Origin: Octopus sinensis
Lineage: Eukaryota
Direction of reading: 5' to 3'
Length of the DNA stretch: 64,000 bases
Assembly: GCF_006345805.1 (NCBI RefSeq)
Contig: NC_043005.1
Location: forward strand, 48,298,001 to 48,362,000
This document shows positions 39,685 to 52,734 of the stretch, piece by piece. Numbering within the stretch: the stretch's first letter is position 1; the number at the start of each line of letters is the position of its first letter. A program made the position numbers and the translations under genes. The notes below the pieces were generated by a model. That model did no database searches. It was not told where the DNA came from and was given only the letters and a program-made list of their open reading frames with translations.

Positions 39685-40905
39685 ATCATCCTAGTCAGGT
39701 GTCGCACTATGCGATGCTGTGGTCATCACGATGTCTTGCCACCTTCTCCTGTCCTCTACTCCATGGACAGCTGAGAATAATGACAATCCTGTGGCTGCGA
39801 TGTCTTTCAGCCAAGAAGTGGGTGGTCTGCGTTTTTTACGTCTGCCGTTCACCTTGCCAGTTATGATCGTTCGCTCAAGTCCATCCCGGCGCATGACGTG
39901 GCCAGAGAACCGTAGCTTCCGCATCTTGATGTTTTGCCGAAGCGTCATCTCGCAACCGAGCTTTTCTAGTACCCAGTTGTTCGTCCTTCTCTCCGTCCAA
40001 GACACTCTAAGGATTTTGCGGTAACACCACATTTCAAAAGCGCTCACTCTTTTCTCGTCTGCCTTCAACATTGTCCACGACTCACAGCTGTACGTTGCAA
40101 TAGAGACAGCAGCAGCCCGAAGTAGCCTTATCAGCTGTCGAAGAGCGTAGACTCGAAACGTAAAAGACTTTTTCTATTCCTGAGCGCTATACTAATACAT
40201 TTGTTTGTTTGTACTCCACCTGCCTTCGTCTTTTGTTTATTTTCGTAAACTTTCCCTTTATCTTCAGCAGCATTGACACGCCACGACTCTTCCAGATGTT
40301 CTCCATATCTTGCACCGCTTGCCTCGCTGTCGCGAGCCTCCTCTGTATCTCTGGTGTACTTGATCCACTGGTGTTGATTTTGGATCCCAAGTACACAAAA
40401 TCATCTACTTCCTGAATCATCTCTCCGTCTACGGTGAAGTTACCTCGGTCTGTCCTGTACTTATGCACCACCAAGATCTTTGACTTCTTTACATTCAGGA
40501 ATAGGTCACTTTGTGCACTCATGTCTTTCACTTTGCGTATCATCTGCAGCAATTCGTCCTTGCTGTTACTTATGAGGGTTGTGTCATCGGCCTATCTCAG
40601 ATTGCACAGCCTTTCTCCGCCAATCTGCACACCAACATTGTAGTTCTCCTACACCATTCTTATGATGTTTTCTGCATAGATGTTGTACAGATATGGAGAC
40701 AGAACACATCCCTGTCGGATACCCCTCTCAATGTCAAACAACTCAGTGTCACCGACGGACATCCTGACAGATGATTGTTGATCTTGATATAGTCGCACCA
40801 ACAGTGCGACTAAGTGTTCAGAAAATCCCATGTCTTCATGACGTCCCAGAGCTTGCTGTATCTCACACAGTCGAAGGCCTTAGAGTAGTCGATAGAATGC
40901 ACGTA
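39680..40905 (-). mobile_element. 5'-truncated RTE-clade LINE (RT domain), inactivated
   Basis: IDYSKAFDCV; GIRQGCVLSPYLYNIYAE; NLR*ADD (YADD Tyr mutated to TAG at 40591-40593); FVYLGS; ATYSCESWT; C-terminal LKDI...DRRRWQ. Interrupted at 40133-40257. Confidence 0.92.
40133..40257 (+). mobile_element. 125-bp hammerhead-like mini-element inserted in the RTE ORF, 5-bp TSD
   Basis: TSD ttatc at 40128-40132 and 40258-40262; removing the insert restores LLKIRLL; homologous to 54497-54625 on the minus strand. Confidence 0.85.
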
Positions 40906-41139
40906 AATAATATATATGCATATATACATGCATACATGTACATACCTACATATATATGTATATACACATGCATACATGGGTACAGGACGTCAAAAAAATA
41001 TGTGAACAACGTGAAAAACGAGAACAAGAAAATACAAAAACATGGAAAACGAACTTTTTCCGTTGTTTGAAAAAAGTTCGTTTCCATGTTTTTGTATATA
41101 TATATATATATACATATATATACATATATACATACATAT

Positions 41140-41560
41140 ATACGGTTGGTAAGAAGTTTTCTTCCAAACCACATGGTTCCGGGTTCAGTCCTACTGCGTT
41201 CACCTTGGGAAATTGTCTTGTACTATATCCACGGGCTGACCAAAGCCTTCTGAGAGGATTTGGTAGACGGAAAATGAAAGGAGACTGTCGTGTTTGTGTG
41301 TGTCTGTGTCTGTGTGTGCATGCGCGCGTGTGTGTGTGTTTCTGTGCACATATGTGTGTGTGCACGTGTGTGTGAGTTTGTGTAAGCGATTGTTCCCCAC
41401 TACCACTTCACAACCGATGTTGGCTTAGCGATTCAGCAAAAAGAGACCGATAGAATATGTACCGGGCTTTTAAAAAGTAAGTACTGCGGTCGATTCATTC
41501 GACTAAACGTTCTTCAAGCCGGTACCCCAGAGTGGCCGCAGTCTAACGACTGCAACAAAT
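41140..41560 (+). mobile_element. SINE B
   Basis: Head, CORE-like block, microsatellite and tail all present. Confidence 0.75.
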
Positions 41561-43351
41561 AAAATATATATGTGTATATACGTGCGTGAGTCGTCTAAGA
41601 GATCACAAGTCAGCGAGATGATGCATATATATATATATATACACACAACGAGCTGTTTCTTTCAGTTATCGTCAACCAGCTCCACTCACAAGGTTTTGGC
41701 CGACCCGGGACTGCACAGTTTAAGACACTTATCTAAGATGCCCTGCGGAGAGACTGAACCCAAGATCACATGTTCGGGAAGCAAGATTTCTACCACACAG
41801 CCACGCCTGCTTCGTTAAAAAGAAGAAAAAAAATCATAAATTGGCCAACATTGAAAGAAGTCATGGTATGTGTTCGGTGCGGCAAGTACTTATTGCTGCT
41901 CTCGTTAACACATTCAACAATATTTTCTTAATTAACAAAAGAAAGCAATAACATAGAAAACAAAAGAAACCAATTATAATTTCTTAATGATTATTGATTA
42001 AGGAGAAACACATGAGTGGAATTATTGGAATTGGGAGGCCATGTTCCACTCAAGTATTGCATTCCTCAGCACAAGAAGGAATAAGATACAACTGGGATAA
42101 TTAGTCATACAGGTGAAGTTCTGAAGCTATATTCCACTAATTCTGGTTTGAGATTAAATGTTAAGAGAATAAAATATTGAAAGTATTCATCGTCTTCCAG
42201 TTTATGTGTGTGTGAGTTTGCGCCTATGTTTGTGTGCCTGCTTATTTGTCTGTGATTGTGTATAATGACACACAGACAAACATGCAGAATGAGAAATAAG
42301 TTGCCAATGATTACATTACTTTTAAGTTTAAGAAAATAATTTCGTTATGACATATTGATTTCAAAATTTTGCACACAAAATCTGTAATTTCTGGGGAGGG
42401 GTTAAGTTGATTACATCGACCCCAGTACTCAACTGGCACTTATTTCATCGATCCCGAGAGGATGAAAGACAAAGTCGACCTCGGCGCAATGTGAACTCAG
42501 AAACGTGGCAACGATTCCACTAGCTCACCGCCCTAATTTCAATGACATATTAAAACGGCTGATTCGAAGAATCGCTAGAGTATTGGACACAATATCTTGA
42601 GATATTTAGTTACGTCTCTTTAAGTTCTGAGTTCAAACGCTATGGAAATCAACATTGCATTTCCTCCTTTCGAGATGCTTGAATATATAGTACTAGTCAA
42701 AAATTGGTGTTGCTCTTATCAGCTGTAGCAACGTCCTGACAAAAGTGGATGGCCTTGTATGTATCTTAGAAGTCAGTATAATCCACATGTGGCGAACGCC
42801 AAAGAAATGCAACAAGAAAGAGTTTACCTCATAATGCACGTAGACATACTACCAAAGCAACCAGGAGACAGATTGGTTGCATTGCCAGAGAGTCAGTGTA
42901 TATTTTGGTTCTTCGAATTTTGAGTTACATTTTGAGTGTTTTTACTGTTCACTGTTGCAGAAATTTAGACTAGATCTTCATTTTGAGTATAACTTCTTCC
43001 CAACAATTTGTTAGGTTCTGAATAAAAATTGAGGTATACAAGCGATATCCTCTCTTTACGAAACAGTAAAAAGTAATTGGACAATTGTTTGTTTAATTTC
43101 TTAAAGATATAATACATCGGAATCTTAAGAATATAACAGATGATTGATTTTTAGTGATTACAAAATTTATAGTCAACAGGACTTGATTGGTAGAAGACAT
43201 CCTTGTACAACAGCGATTTTAGAACCTAACAATCATTCGGTGTCTTTTATTTGATTATGTTAAGTTTTTTTTTAAAATACTAAACTACTAACGCTCTATG
43301 AAGAAAAAGGAGAAAGGAAATGAAAAGCACACATTCCATGAATGTCATCCA

Positions 43352-43498
43352 GGTTGAGGTCGACTTTGCCTTTCATCCTTTCGGGGTCGATAAATTAAGT
43401 ACCAGTTACGCACTGGGGTCGATGTAATCGACTTAATCCGTTTGTCTATCCTCGTTTGTACCCTCTGTGTTTAGCCCCTTGTGGGTAATAAAGAAATA
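43352..43498 (+). mobile_element. 5'-truncated SINE A1
   Basis: Starts at gaggtcgactttgcc and ends aaagaaata. Confidence 0.85.
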
Positions 43499-45220
43499 TA
43501 TTTTTTTTCAATCTATAAAATATTTTGATATTTAATCTAATGCCAATGATTCCTAATAAGAACGAAGTAGCACTGTATATGATTACCTGTGACAAGAAAT
43601 TTTATGATCTACATAATGGGAATCCAAAAATAAATGTGAATATGTATATTCTATGAAAATCTTCTTTCTTGTTCCTCAATTTCAAATTCAAATTACTAAA
43701 CCCTCCAAATATTATGTAGAAATGATTATTTTCCTTACCCTAACAGGTTATCAGGGAACACTACGAGTTTATTGAATATTATTTGCCTTGTTGGAAATAA
43801 ATGAGAAATCAGCATTTAAATTATAAACTTGAACCAGTCACGAAATTCGTTTTCGCACAAGAGACATAACAGCTCTATGCATAATTGAATTTTACCAAGA
43901 TTTTTTGAAGGAAAAATCAGCACATGACTTACATTATGCAATAAGGACAATGCAGTATCTTCAAGCGCATTGTGAAATATTACATAGAAATAAATGCAAC
44001 TTAAAAGCTTTATTCATGATCTTTTAATCCTATGAAATCATTATTCCTACTGTTAACATAATCATTTTCGTCAGCATCAAGACTATTATTCCTTTTAAAC
44101 CATAAATCATTCCTAACACATAAATTGCTCTCAAGGGTATTAATTATGCCACGTTTTTTTTTTAAACTACTCTACAACTAAATGTTATTTAATTGCTTAG
44201 CGTGGCATTTTAAACCATTCACACACATATAAAATGGCAGTTTCCTTCCTTTCTCCTAAAGCCGTCTTTTCAAATTCTGTAACCTGCTCCTTCATGAAAC
44301 GTTTACAGGACATATTAATAGAGACGTTGGAAGGTTGTATTTGATTAGTTAGTTTTTATGAGTAAAACAAAAGTTGCTCAACTTCCAGGGAGCTCAGAGA
44401 TCAATAAAACAGCTCCTTTTACAGCTCGTCCATGGATCTGCGGTATTGTCGCATCTTTTATCGATTCAAGCCCTTTGAATTAATTTCAATATAAATTTAG
44501 CAAGTAATCTTCTATAAATAAAAAAGAGGTGAAAGTATTGTTCCTGGTCACAAATTTCATTTATAATTAATTTTGTGTCTATAGGATGTTAGTTTATTGT
44601 TTAATTAAGGATATATTAAATGATATATTGATTACGTCATATATCCTTTCCGCTTGAGAATGTTCATAATAATATTGTTTCACTCGTTTACTTTCAATCA
44701 TTTAAAACATTAATAAATCTGATAATTGTGAGCTTCAGTTTCACTGTATGGACTGCGTTGAGTTTCTAGTAAAGACATCTAAGACTGTCGATGAATAAAT
44801 AGATATAACATTCATGCCTTAACTCAAGATATTTTTGTAGTGTCAGTGGTTTTTAATGTTGGCGCAAAGTTACAAATTTTGGGCGTGGATATAATTGATT
44901 AAATCGATAACAGCTTAAAAGATGCTTTATTATGAAGATTAAAAGGTAAAGTTCAACTGAATGCGACTTGAACTCAGAATTATAGGACCGTGTCTAAATA
45001 CCGCAAGGCATTTCATTCGATGCTCTACAGATTCTGTGAACCCATTGACCTTTGGTTTGGCTTCTCATATTTATAATTCAAAATAGTTTTTATACTCCAT
45101 TTCCCGAAATATGACCGCTTTTCCCAGTGTCCACCACAATAAAAATATAGGAATCTACTAGCCATTTTAATACTATTAATTAAGTGAAGAAAAGCAATTA
45201 TACAGATATATAACTGTGCA

Positions 45221-45431
45221 ACCCCCTATTTTTTGGCATACAAGTCGAATTTTTCTGACCACAATTTACAACCAAAATTAGTGTGTCGACTCACACACCA
45301 AGACGTCTCTGGAGACCAAATATTCTGCGTGAAATGCAGCAAAATTTGAAAAGATAGTAACGATATATGAGTGTTTACACTACATGCTTACACAATTTAT
45401 TACGTCGACTTTTGTGCTGGAAAATACAGTA
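45221..45431. mobile_element. pogo/Tigger-like MITE
   Basis: Degenerate TIRs cctattttttggcatacaagtcga / gtcgacttttgtgctggaaaatacagta. Confidence 0.5.
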
Positions 45432-47510
45432 GTTTTGAACGGTGTGAAAAGAGGAAAAAATTATCTAAAGGAGAAATATGAGTAGGTGGAAACCAGGAAG
45501 AGGAGAAAATTCGAAATATTTTGGTTAATGTTTGAGATGGGAATTTTAATACAATAAAATTGGTTTGACCTCAAGCTGGTCTGTTCGAGAAAGCAGCAGT
45601 AGTAGATAGGTGAGATGATTAGTCAAGGATAACAGCTACTTTGAGACGTGTGTTCAAAGCTGCTCCTTCAGGTGCAGTAATAAGAAAAGTAAAGATTTTA
45701 CTGTGATCTTTTATCACTTTCTATAACATTTTAAATGCATTAATTAAGACCTAAATTATAACCTCAAGCATTTTAATTATTTGGAAATGAGTTAATGAAT
45801 CAGTTGTGGATATTAAATCTGCAATAAGTACACTTCAATGCAAGTTTGATTTTGACAACTGTCATATGCAACAAATCTTGAAGTTGTAGTGAATGCTATT
45901 CTAATCTCATTCTTGATTGATTACATTCTTCCAAGAAGATTTCATCCTCCCAGATACTTTGTTAGTAATTGAGAAATTGCATTCTCTTGATAAATTTATA
46001 TGAATGTCTTTTAATCTGGATTTTAGCTTTTAAATAACAACTTTGAACTACAAATGTTGTAAGAGACACAGCTAATGGCACATTGTCTGTGTCAATTCGT
46101 CTGTGACTGTGTCGGTGGCTCTTTGTCGTGTCCATGACCAAACACTTAATTTCTGCAGAACTAACTAGCTTTATCTAACTGCAAAATAGAAGACTGAAGA
46201 CTGTGCATATAAATCGTAAGAGCGTCGGACAAGATGTTTTTATCTTTGCCAACAGTTTGCCTTCTGGGTTCAAATTCTACTAAGATCAGCTTTGCCTTTC
46301 ATTTTCCAAGTCGAATAAATAAAGCATCGGTTACATAATAAAGTTGATTTAATAGATACATTTCAACCCACAGACTGGTGAACTTTTGCCTGTATTAGAA
46401 ATGGCAGTTTAAGGAGTGTTCTCTTAACTTACTGTGTTGCACTCAAAATTTTCTATAAAGATAACTTCTTTACAAAAGAAAATGTTAAAAACACGAAAAA
46501 GAAAAAAGAATAGAGAGCTGAAGTGAAGGAAAAGAGAGGCGAAAGAAAAAGAATGAAGAAATGAAGGGAAGATGCATAAAAAATTAATTGAGAAGGAAAA
46601 AGACAAAGAGAAAGATCTGAATAAAAAGGAACGGAAAGGTGAAGAAGAAATATAAAAAAAAGATGAGACAGCCAAAAAGAAAGAAAGAAACAAACAAACA
46701 AACAAACAAACAAAAAAGAAAGAAAGAAGATAAATAACCGCGAAAAATTTGGAGACGAAGGAGGAGGAGGAGGAGGAGGGTGGAGGAGGTTAGATATTCT
46801 TCGAGAACTAAAAGCGAAAAATATTATGCAATAGAGAAAAGATTGTAATTCCCAGATATATTCTTTTTCAGTGTTCTTATGGCTCTATTGTTTTGAAAAT
46901 TGCAGTAAAGATGTCAGAGGTGCTTCCAATGCCCCCTTACTGATATAGTAGTAAGCGTCAGTTTAAGTTTAAGAAAGTGAGCGGAAGGTAAACAAAGATA
47001 TCCAGTTGAAATTGCTAGGGTTTCTATGATCTCTACTGTTGCTAATGTTTATTTTACACTTTGAATATTTGAGCAAACAACATTATTTACTGGTGCTCTT
47101 TTCCCCCTGACGTTTCTCTGCGGTTTCGCTATTTGTCTTTATGCTCAATATCAAAAAGGGTATTTCCGCAGTTGAGATAAGTTAGCCATTTATTCGTGAT
47201 TTCCACTTATCTACCCAACCCCATTTTTTTTATTGTTTTTGCTTTTATCTTTTAGAAACCCTCCATGCTATCACTGGAAATATCGGAATTAGCTAATAAT
47301 ATCTGCAGTACTTAATCACTGTATCATCTCTTGTGTCATTTGTCTGTTCCAAACAAAGGAAAATCTTACGAAGACACTCGTAAAATAAATAACATTTTGA
47401 CAGATGCAGTCTTCTTGAAAACGATTCTTCAAACAGCAAATAGATAGTACGTAGGTCATTACACTCACGGACACTGATAAACACACACATGGACACACAT
47501 GCACACACCG

Positions 47511-47896
47511 TGGCACTCCGTCGGTTACGACGACGAGGGTTCCCGTTGATCCGATCAACGGAACAGCCAGCTCGTGAAATTAACGTGCAAGTGACTGAGC
47601 ACTCCACAGACACGTGTACCTTTAAGGTAGTTCTCAGGGAGATTCAGCGTGACACAGAGTGTGACAAGGCTGGCCCTTTGAAACACAGGTACAACAGAAA
47701 CAGGAAGAAAGAGTGAGAGAAAATTGTGGTGGTGAAATAATACAACAGGGTTCACCCCCACCTCCTGCTGGAACCTCGTGGAACTTTTTAGGTGGTTTTG
47801 TTCAATAAACACTCACAACGCCCGGTCTGGGAATTGAAACCGCGATCATACGACCGCACGTCCACTACCTTAACCACTGGGCCATTGTGCCTCCAC
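47511..47896 (-). mobile_element. SINE with E head + C tail
   Basis: Head gtggaggcacaatggcccagtggttaagg...gcggtttcaattccc; tail ccctcgtcgtcgtaaccgacggagtgcca. Confidence 0.85.
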
Positions 47897-48480
47897 ACAT
47901 ACATGCTAACACTCATACACATAAAATAACGATTGTATTTAAGTGTCATGATTTTACGAATGTGTGTGCGTGTGTAACCTGCATGATTTATATTTCATAA
48001 AAGAATTAACTTAATTTTAGATACAGAATCTTATAACACACTATCATTCTTTATTTTCTTAATTCAAATTTTCTTATAATTATTTAAATTCATTGATCTG
48101 ATGGCTTCGCACATTTAAATATTCCCAAAATTTAATACAGAATAATCACCCTAGCTCAAAACTGAATGAGCATTCCAGCACGAAAACTTGTCTTTGTGCT
48201 CGTCCTTCTCATTAAGGCTTGACAACCACTCGAAAGGAATCCGATAGAATAAGTACCCGACTTTAAAAATCATCAGTATTGGGGTCGATTTGCTCGACTA
48301 AACCCTTGAAGATGGTACCCTAATATGGCCGCAGTTCAATGAACGAAACAAGTAAAAGATAAAACTCAAACGTTGAGGCATGTTGTTATGTAACCCAAGT
48401 TCTACCCAGATCAAGCAATTAGGAGGTTGTTCCAAGGACTTAATGAAAATCACCAGATCTCTTCCTCCAAATATGTGGAA

Positions 48481-48854
48481 GCACTCCGTTGGTTACGACG
48501 ACGAGGCTTCCGGTTGATCCGAATCAACGGAACAGCCTGCTCATGAAATTAACGTGTAAGTGGCTGAGACACGTGTACCTTTAACGTAGTTCTCGGGGAT
48601 ATTCAGCGTGACACAGAGAGTGACAAGGCCCGGCCCTTTGAAATACAGGTACAACAGAAACAGGAAGTAAGAGTGAGAGAAAGTTGTGGTGAAAGAGTAC
48701 AGCAGGGATCACCACCATCCCCTGCCGGAGCCTCGTGGAGCTTTTTAGGTGTTTTCGCTCAATAAACACTCACAACGGCCGGTCTGGGAATCGAAACCGC
48801 GATCCTATGACCGCGAGTCGTCCGCTGCCCTAACCACTTGGCCATTGCGCCTCC
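48481..48854 (-). mobile_element. SINE with E head + C tail
   Basis: Homologous to 47511-47896. Confidence 0.85.
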
Positions 48855-48907
48855 CCTCCAAATATAATAGAGGGATGAGGTTATGTGTGGCCTTGAAGCA
48901 TCTTTTA

Positions 48908-49213
48908 GTGAAAGCGTGTGGCTTAGTGTATTCGGCTTAGGATCGTAAGGTCGTGAGTTAGATTCCCGGTGACGCGTTGTGTTCTTCAAGAAGACACCGT
49001 ATTTCACGTTGCCCCAGTTCACTTAACTGGCAAAACTGAGCAGTACATGTATTTCTGCGTCGCATCCCGTGTCCCGCTGAATCTCCCTGAGAACTACTTT
49101 AAAGGTATGCGTGTCTGTGAAGTGCTCAGCCACTCTTACACGTTAATTACACGAGCAGGTTGTTCCGCTGACCGGATCAATTGGAACGCTCCTCGTCGTA
49201 ACCGACGAAATGC
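48908..49213 (+). mobile_element. SINE C (C head + C tail)
   Basis: Homologous to 12781-13104. Confidence 0.8.
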
Positions 49214-49299
49214 TAGTAAGAATCTTTTTGAAAACATTTGAAAAGCAAGAGAAATAAATTAGCTCCAACCAGACATCAGCACTCCCGTGAAAGTGTTAC

Positions 49300-49550
49300 G
49301 GAGGTGCGTGGCTAAGTGATTAGGGTGTTGGGCTCATGATTGTAAGATTGTGGTTTCGATCCCTAGACCGTGTGACGCGTCGTGTTCTTGAGCAAAACGC
49401 TTCCTTTCACATTACTCCAGTCCACTCAGCAAGCAAAATTGAGTAATCTTGCAATGGACTGGCATCCCGTCCAGGGAGGAACATATACGCCATGGAATCA
49501 GGGAAAACCGGCCCTTATGAGTCGGCATGACACGAGAAAGTAACCTTTAC
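49300..49550 (+). mobile_element. SINE with C-type head/core + E tail
   Basis: ctccagtccactcagc core followed by gggaaaaccggcccttatgagtcggcatgacacgagaaag, as in the 13762 tail. Confidence 0.7.
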
Positions 49551-50242
49551 TCTATCTTTACTGTGAAAACGTAAGCACTGCCTCACGATCTGGTAGATAT
49601 AGCAGACAAATCTACTTCATATCACACCTTAACGTATTAAAGTAATTAGGGACAGATCGGAAATAGTCATAGCTATGCAAAATGACAGGAACATGTGTGA
49701 TCATTGTTCCTATCGATCAGAGCTGGCTTCGGTTAAACAACAACTGATTTCGGAGCTGAAGCCTTTAGCATTTTTGTTCTGTATTAAAGTCTAAATAGTT
49801 TGTGGGTACACATACAAATAGATACGAATACGCGTATGTAGGTATGTATGTATGCATGTATATACGTGTCTGTATAAGTGTATGAATATATGAATATACT
49901 GTGCTTGTACCTTTATATACACACAAATATGTATATGTGCTTGTCCGGCCTTACATTTGTAACCTATATAAGCAGTAGCAACCCCAAGCAGTGATTGGGC
50001 ATAAGCAAACTTAACGTTTTGTGATATATTTCAACTTCTGAAGGCAAATTCACTGCATTTATCGAGGAGTAAAAATATTCTTCTGTATGGTAAAAATGCG
50101 TGAAAACGCTATATCTACTCAGTTGTCCCTTTTCGGATTCCCAGACGCAGCGTTTCTAGCTCTTTAGCCATTATCAACAGGAAAAAACTGAAAAAAGTAC
50201 TCTCTCTCTCTCTCTCTCTCTCTCCACACACACACACACATA

Positions 50243-50274
<32 letters not shown>

Positions 50275-50624
50275 ACATATATGTATGAGGAGACGCTAGC
50301 CCATCAGCGTTACTCGGGCTCAAGTCATAAGCGCCACTCAGGCAGAGATTTCGCGTGTTTATTCGAAGAATTTCACGTTTTCTCTGCAATATTTCTAACC
50401 CCAAATGGCTTATCTTTTATATCTTGCACTATATCTTTCTCCGTTTCTATGTTAAGGGTAAAAATAAAGCAATCCTGCAAAACACAACTGATCTTTACAC
50501 ACAGACGTACAGAATAACAGCAATCAAATAACGACAGCGGAGTGCACAACATCAGCGATCTGACTGTCGCCTGTACTCTTGACAAGAGATGCCAGTTTTT
50601 GCGCCTACAAGGCTCGTTTGCATT

Positions 50625-51215
50625 AAAACTTAGATAAAACTTAGATATGTTTCGACCAAAGATTGGCCCAGGCCATGTCTAACTTAATAGCACCACCTGA
50701 TAGGATTATCTAAATCCTGTTTAAGTCAAGTTTTGTTTATGGTCCATTCAAGTAGTGAGTTTTTGTTGGGTGAGTTGTATCCAATTATGGGTGGCTTATC
50801 TGGTATTCCTTGAAGGAATCTATCCAGACTTCGTTTAAAGTTGATGGGATCCTTTTCCTCTTTGATCTCTTTCGGGACAATGTTAAATAGGGCAGGGCCT
50901 GTTGAAGAAAAGAAATTATGTTGCAGTGTACATGTATGCTGTGATCTTGAATTGGGCAGGGGACGTATGGCCCGTGGTCCCAGTCTTGGATGAACCTTGA
51001 AGCTAATGTTCAGGTCGTTTGGGAAAAGTTGGCGGTATATTCTCCACATCGTACAAATGATGTACCGCTCACGGCGACGCTGGAGAGAGTAGAGTTTCAA
51101 GGCTTTAAAGCGGTCCCAATAATCGAGAGCCTTCAATTCGTTTAGTGATTCAATCCTCGAGATGTTTTGTCTTGTATGGGGAGAAGTATTCGAGGTGTGG
51201 CCGTACAAAGGAGAC
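50625..51215 (-). mobile_element. CR1-group (CR1/L2/Crack-like) LINE 3' end with 3' UTR and tail repeat
   Basis: VRPHLEY (frameshifted), LDYWDRFKALKLYSLQRRRERY, GPALFNIVP, FKRSLDRFL...PDKP; tail (atctaagtttt)2. Confidence 0.85.
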
Positions 51216-51619
51216 GTTGCTGGATAATTTTTCGTTCTCTTAAGAATATTGTAGAACGGAAACTATTCATAGATTGAAATTTATTGTTTCAAGAAAACAT
51301 TGAATTTGAATTACTTTTAATTTTTACGATTATAGATAACAACTCGGGCTTTAACTTCTGTGACCGAGTCAGGCGCGTGTGAACGATATCGAGAGAACGT
51401 CTGCTACAAACGATATTTTTTGACACAGGGCAACTTTAAGACGACCGCCGAACGAAAATAAATGAACTGCGACCAGGGTCAATAAAATGAGACCTAGTTA
51501 TTGGCTGCAATACATACTTGTAGTCAGTGTTGGCAGAAATTAAAATTAAATTTATACTCGAGCTAAGCTCGGAACAGCCAGAGTGCCGGTGACGCCACTG
51601 TTATATATATATATATATA

Positions 51620-51683
51620 ATAATAAATATTAAGGAATGAATCCAAAATTACAGGGAAAAAATCAGATTTAGGGTTACACACA

Positions 51684-51728
<45 letters not shown>

Positions 51729-51737
51729 ACACACACA

Positions 51738-51780
<43 letters not shown>

Positions 51781-51935
51781 ATTTGATACTGATTAGAAGA
51801 TCGAAAATCCACCTGAAGATTGTCGGTAGCAGACATGAAACATTTGTAGTGGCGGTTTATTTAATTTATATTAAAATTTTATATATTGATTAAGTCTTTC
51901 CTTGTTTGGTTTTAAAATAGTGGTTTTGTCTCGAA
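51620..51935 (+). mobile_element. Older copy of the hammerhead element family seen at 52317, with an inverted 3'-end piece upstream
   Basis: 51780-51935 is homologous to about 52490-52645; 51620-51680 is the reverse complement of about 52670-52735. Confidence 0.75.
51809..51852 (+). ncRNA. Type-I hammerhead ribozyme
   Basis: CCAC CUGAAGA u UGUC-gguagca-GACA u GAAA CAUUU GUA GUGG. Confidence 0.7.
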
Positions 51936-51936
51936 T

Positions 51937-52040
<104 letters not shown>

Positions 52041-52257
52041 TGTCTGTGTGTCTGTGTGTAAACGTAAACAAACAAACGAACTTTGCTTTAGAAGCGTTGA
52101 GATGTCTTAGAAAGTTAAAGAAGTTATTTTAAGTTTTCAAACGCATGATAATGCTAATAATATAACCTGAACAGGATAAGCTACCCCTATTTTGTAGAAA
52201 AAAGTGTTGGCGGCCGGCTATGAGACACGAACACACACCTCCGTGATTACACGCCTC

Positions 52258-52315
<58 letters not shown>

Positions 52316-52412
52316 TATATAAAATATTATTCGAGACAAAACCACTATTTTGCAAAACAAACAAGGAAAGACTAATTAATACATAAAATTTTATAAATAG
52401 TCAAAAAAACCG

Positions 52413-52455
52413 CCACTACAATCGTTTCTTGTCTTGATCGACAATCTTCAGGTGG
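52413..52455 (-). ncRNA. Type-I hammerhead ribozyme (mirror copy)
   Basis: Reverse complement of 52516-52558. Confidence 0.75.
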
Positions 52456-52515
52456 ACTTCCAATAATTCAGTGTCAAATTATGACTTCATAATTTGACAC
52501 TGAATTATTGGAAGT

Positions 52516-52558
52516 CCACCTGAAGATTGTCGATCAAGACAAGAAACGATTGTAGTGG
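52516..52558 (+). ncRNA. Type-I hammerhead ribozyme
   Basis: CCAC CUGAAGA UUGUC-gaucaa-GACAA GAAA CGAUU GUA GUGG: canonical core, 5-bp stem II, 4-bp stem I, GUA triplet. Confidence 0.8.
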
Positions 52559-52734
52559 CGGTTTTTTTGACTATTTATTAAAATTTTATGTATTAATTAG
52601 TCTTTCCTTGTTTGTTTTGCAAAATAGTGGTTTTGTCTCGAATAATATTTTATAATATTTTACTATAAAATCGATTTAATCATAAATCTGATTTTTTCCC
52701 TGTAAATTTGGATTTATTCCCTAATATTTATTAT

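Noticed and set aside
50290-50620. CpG-richer stretch with a good minus-strand acceptor (gttgtgttttgcag) and a short ORF
   Set aside because: The ORF ends after about 33 codons, with no homology recognised and no partner exon.
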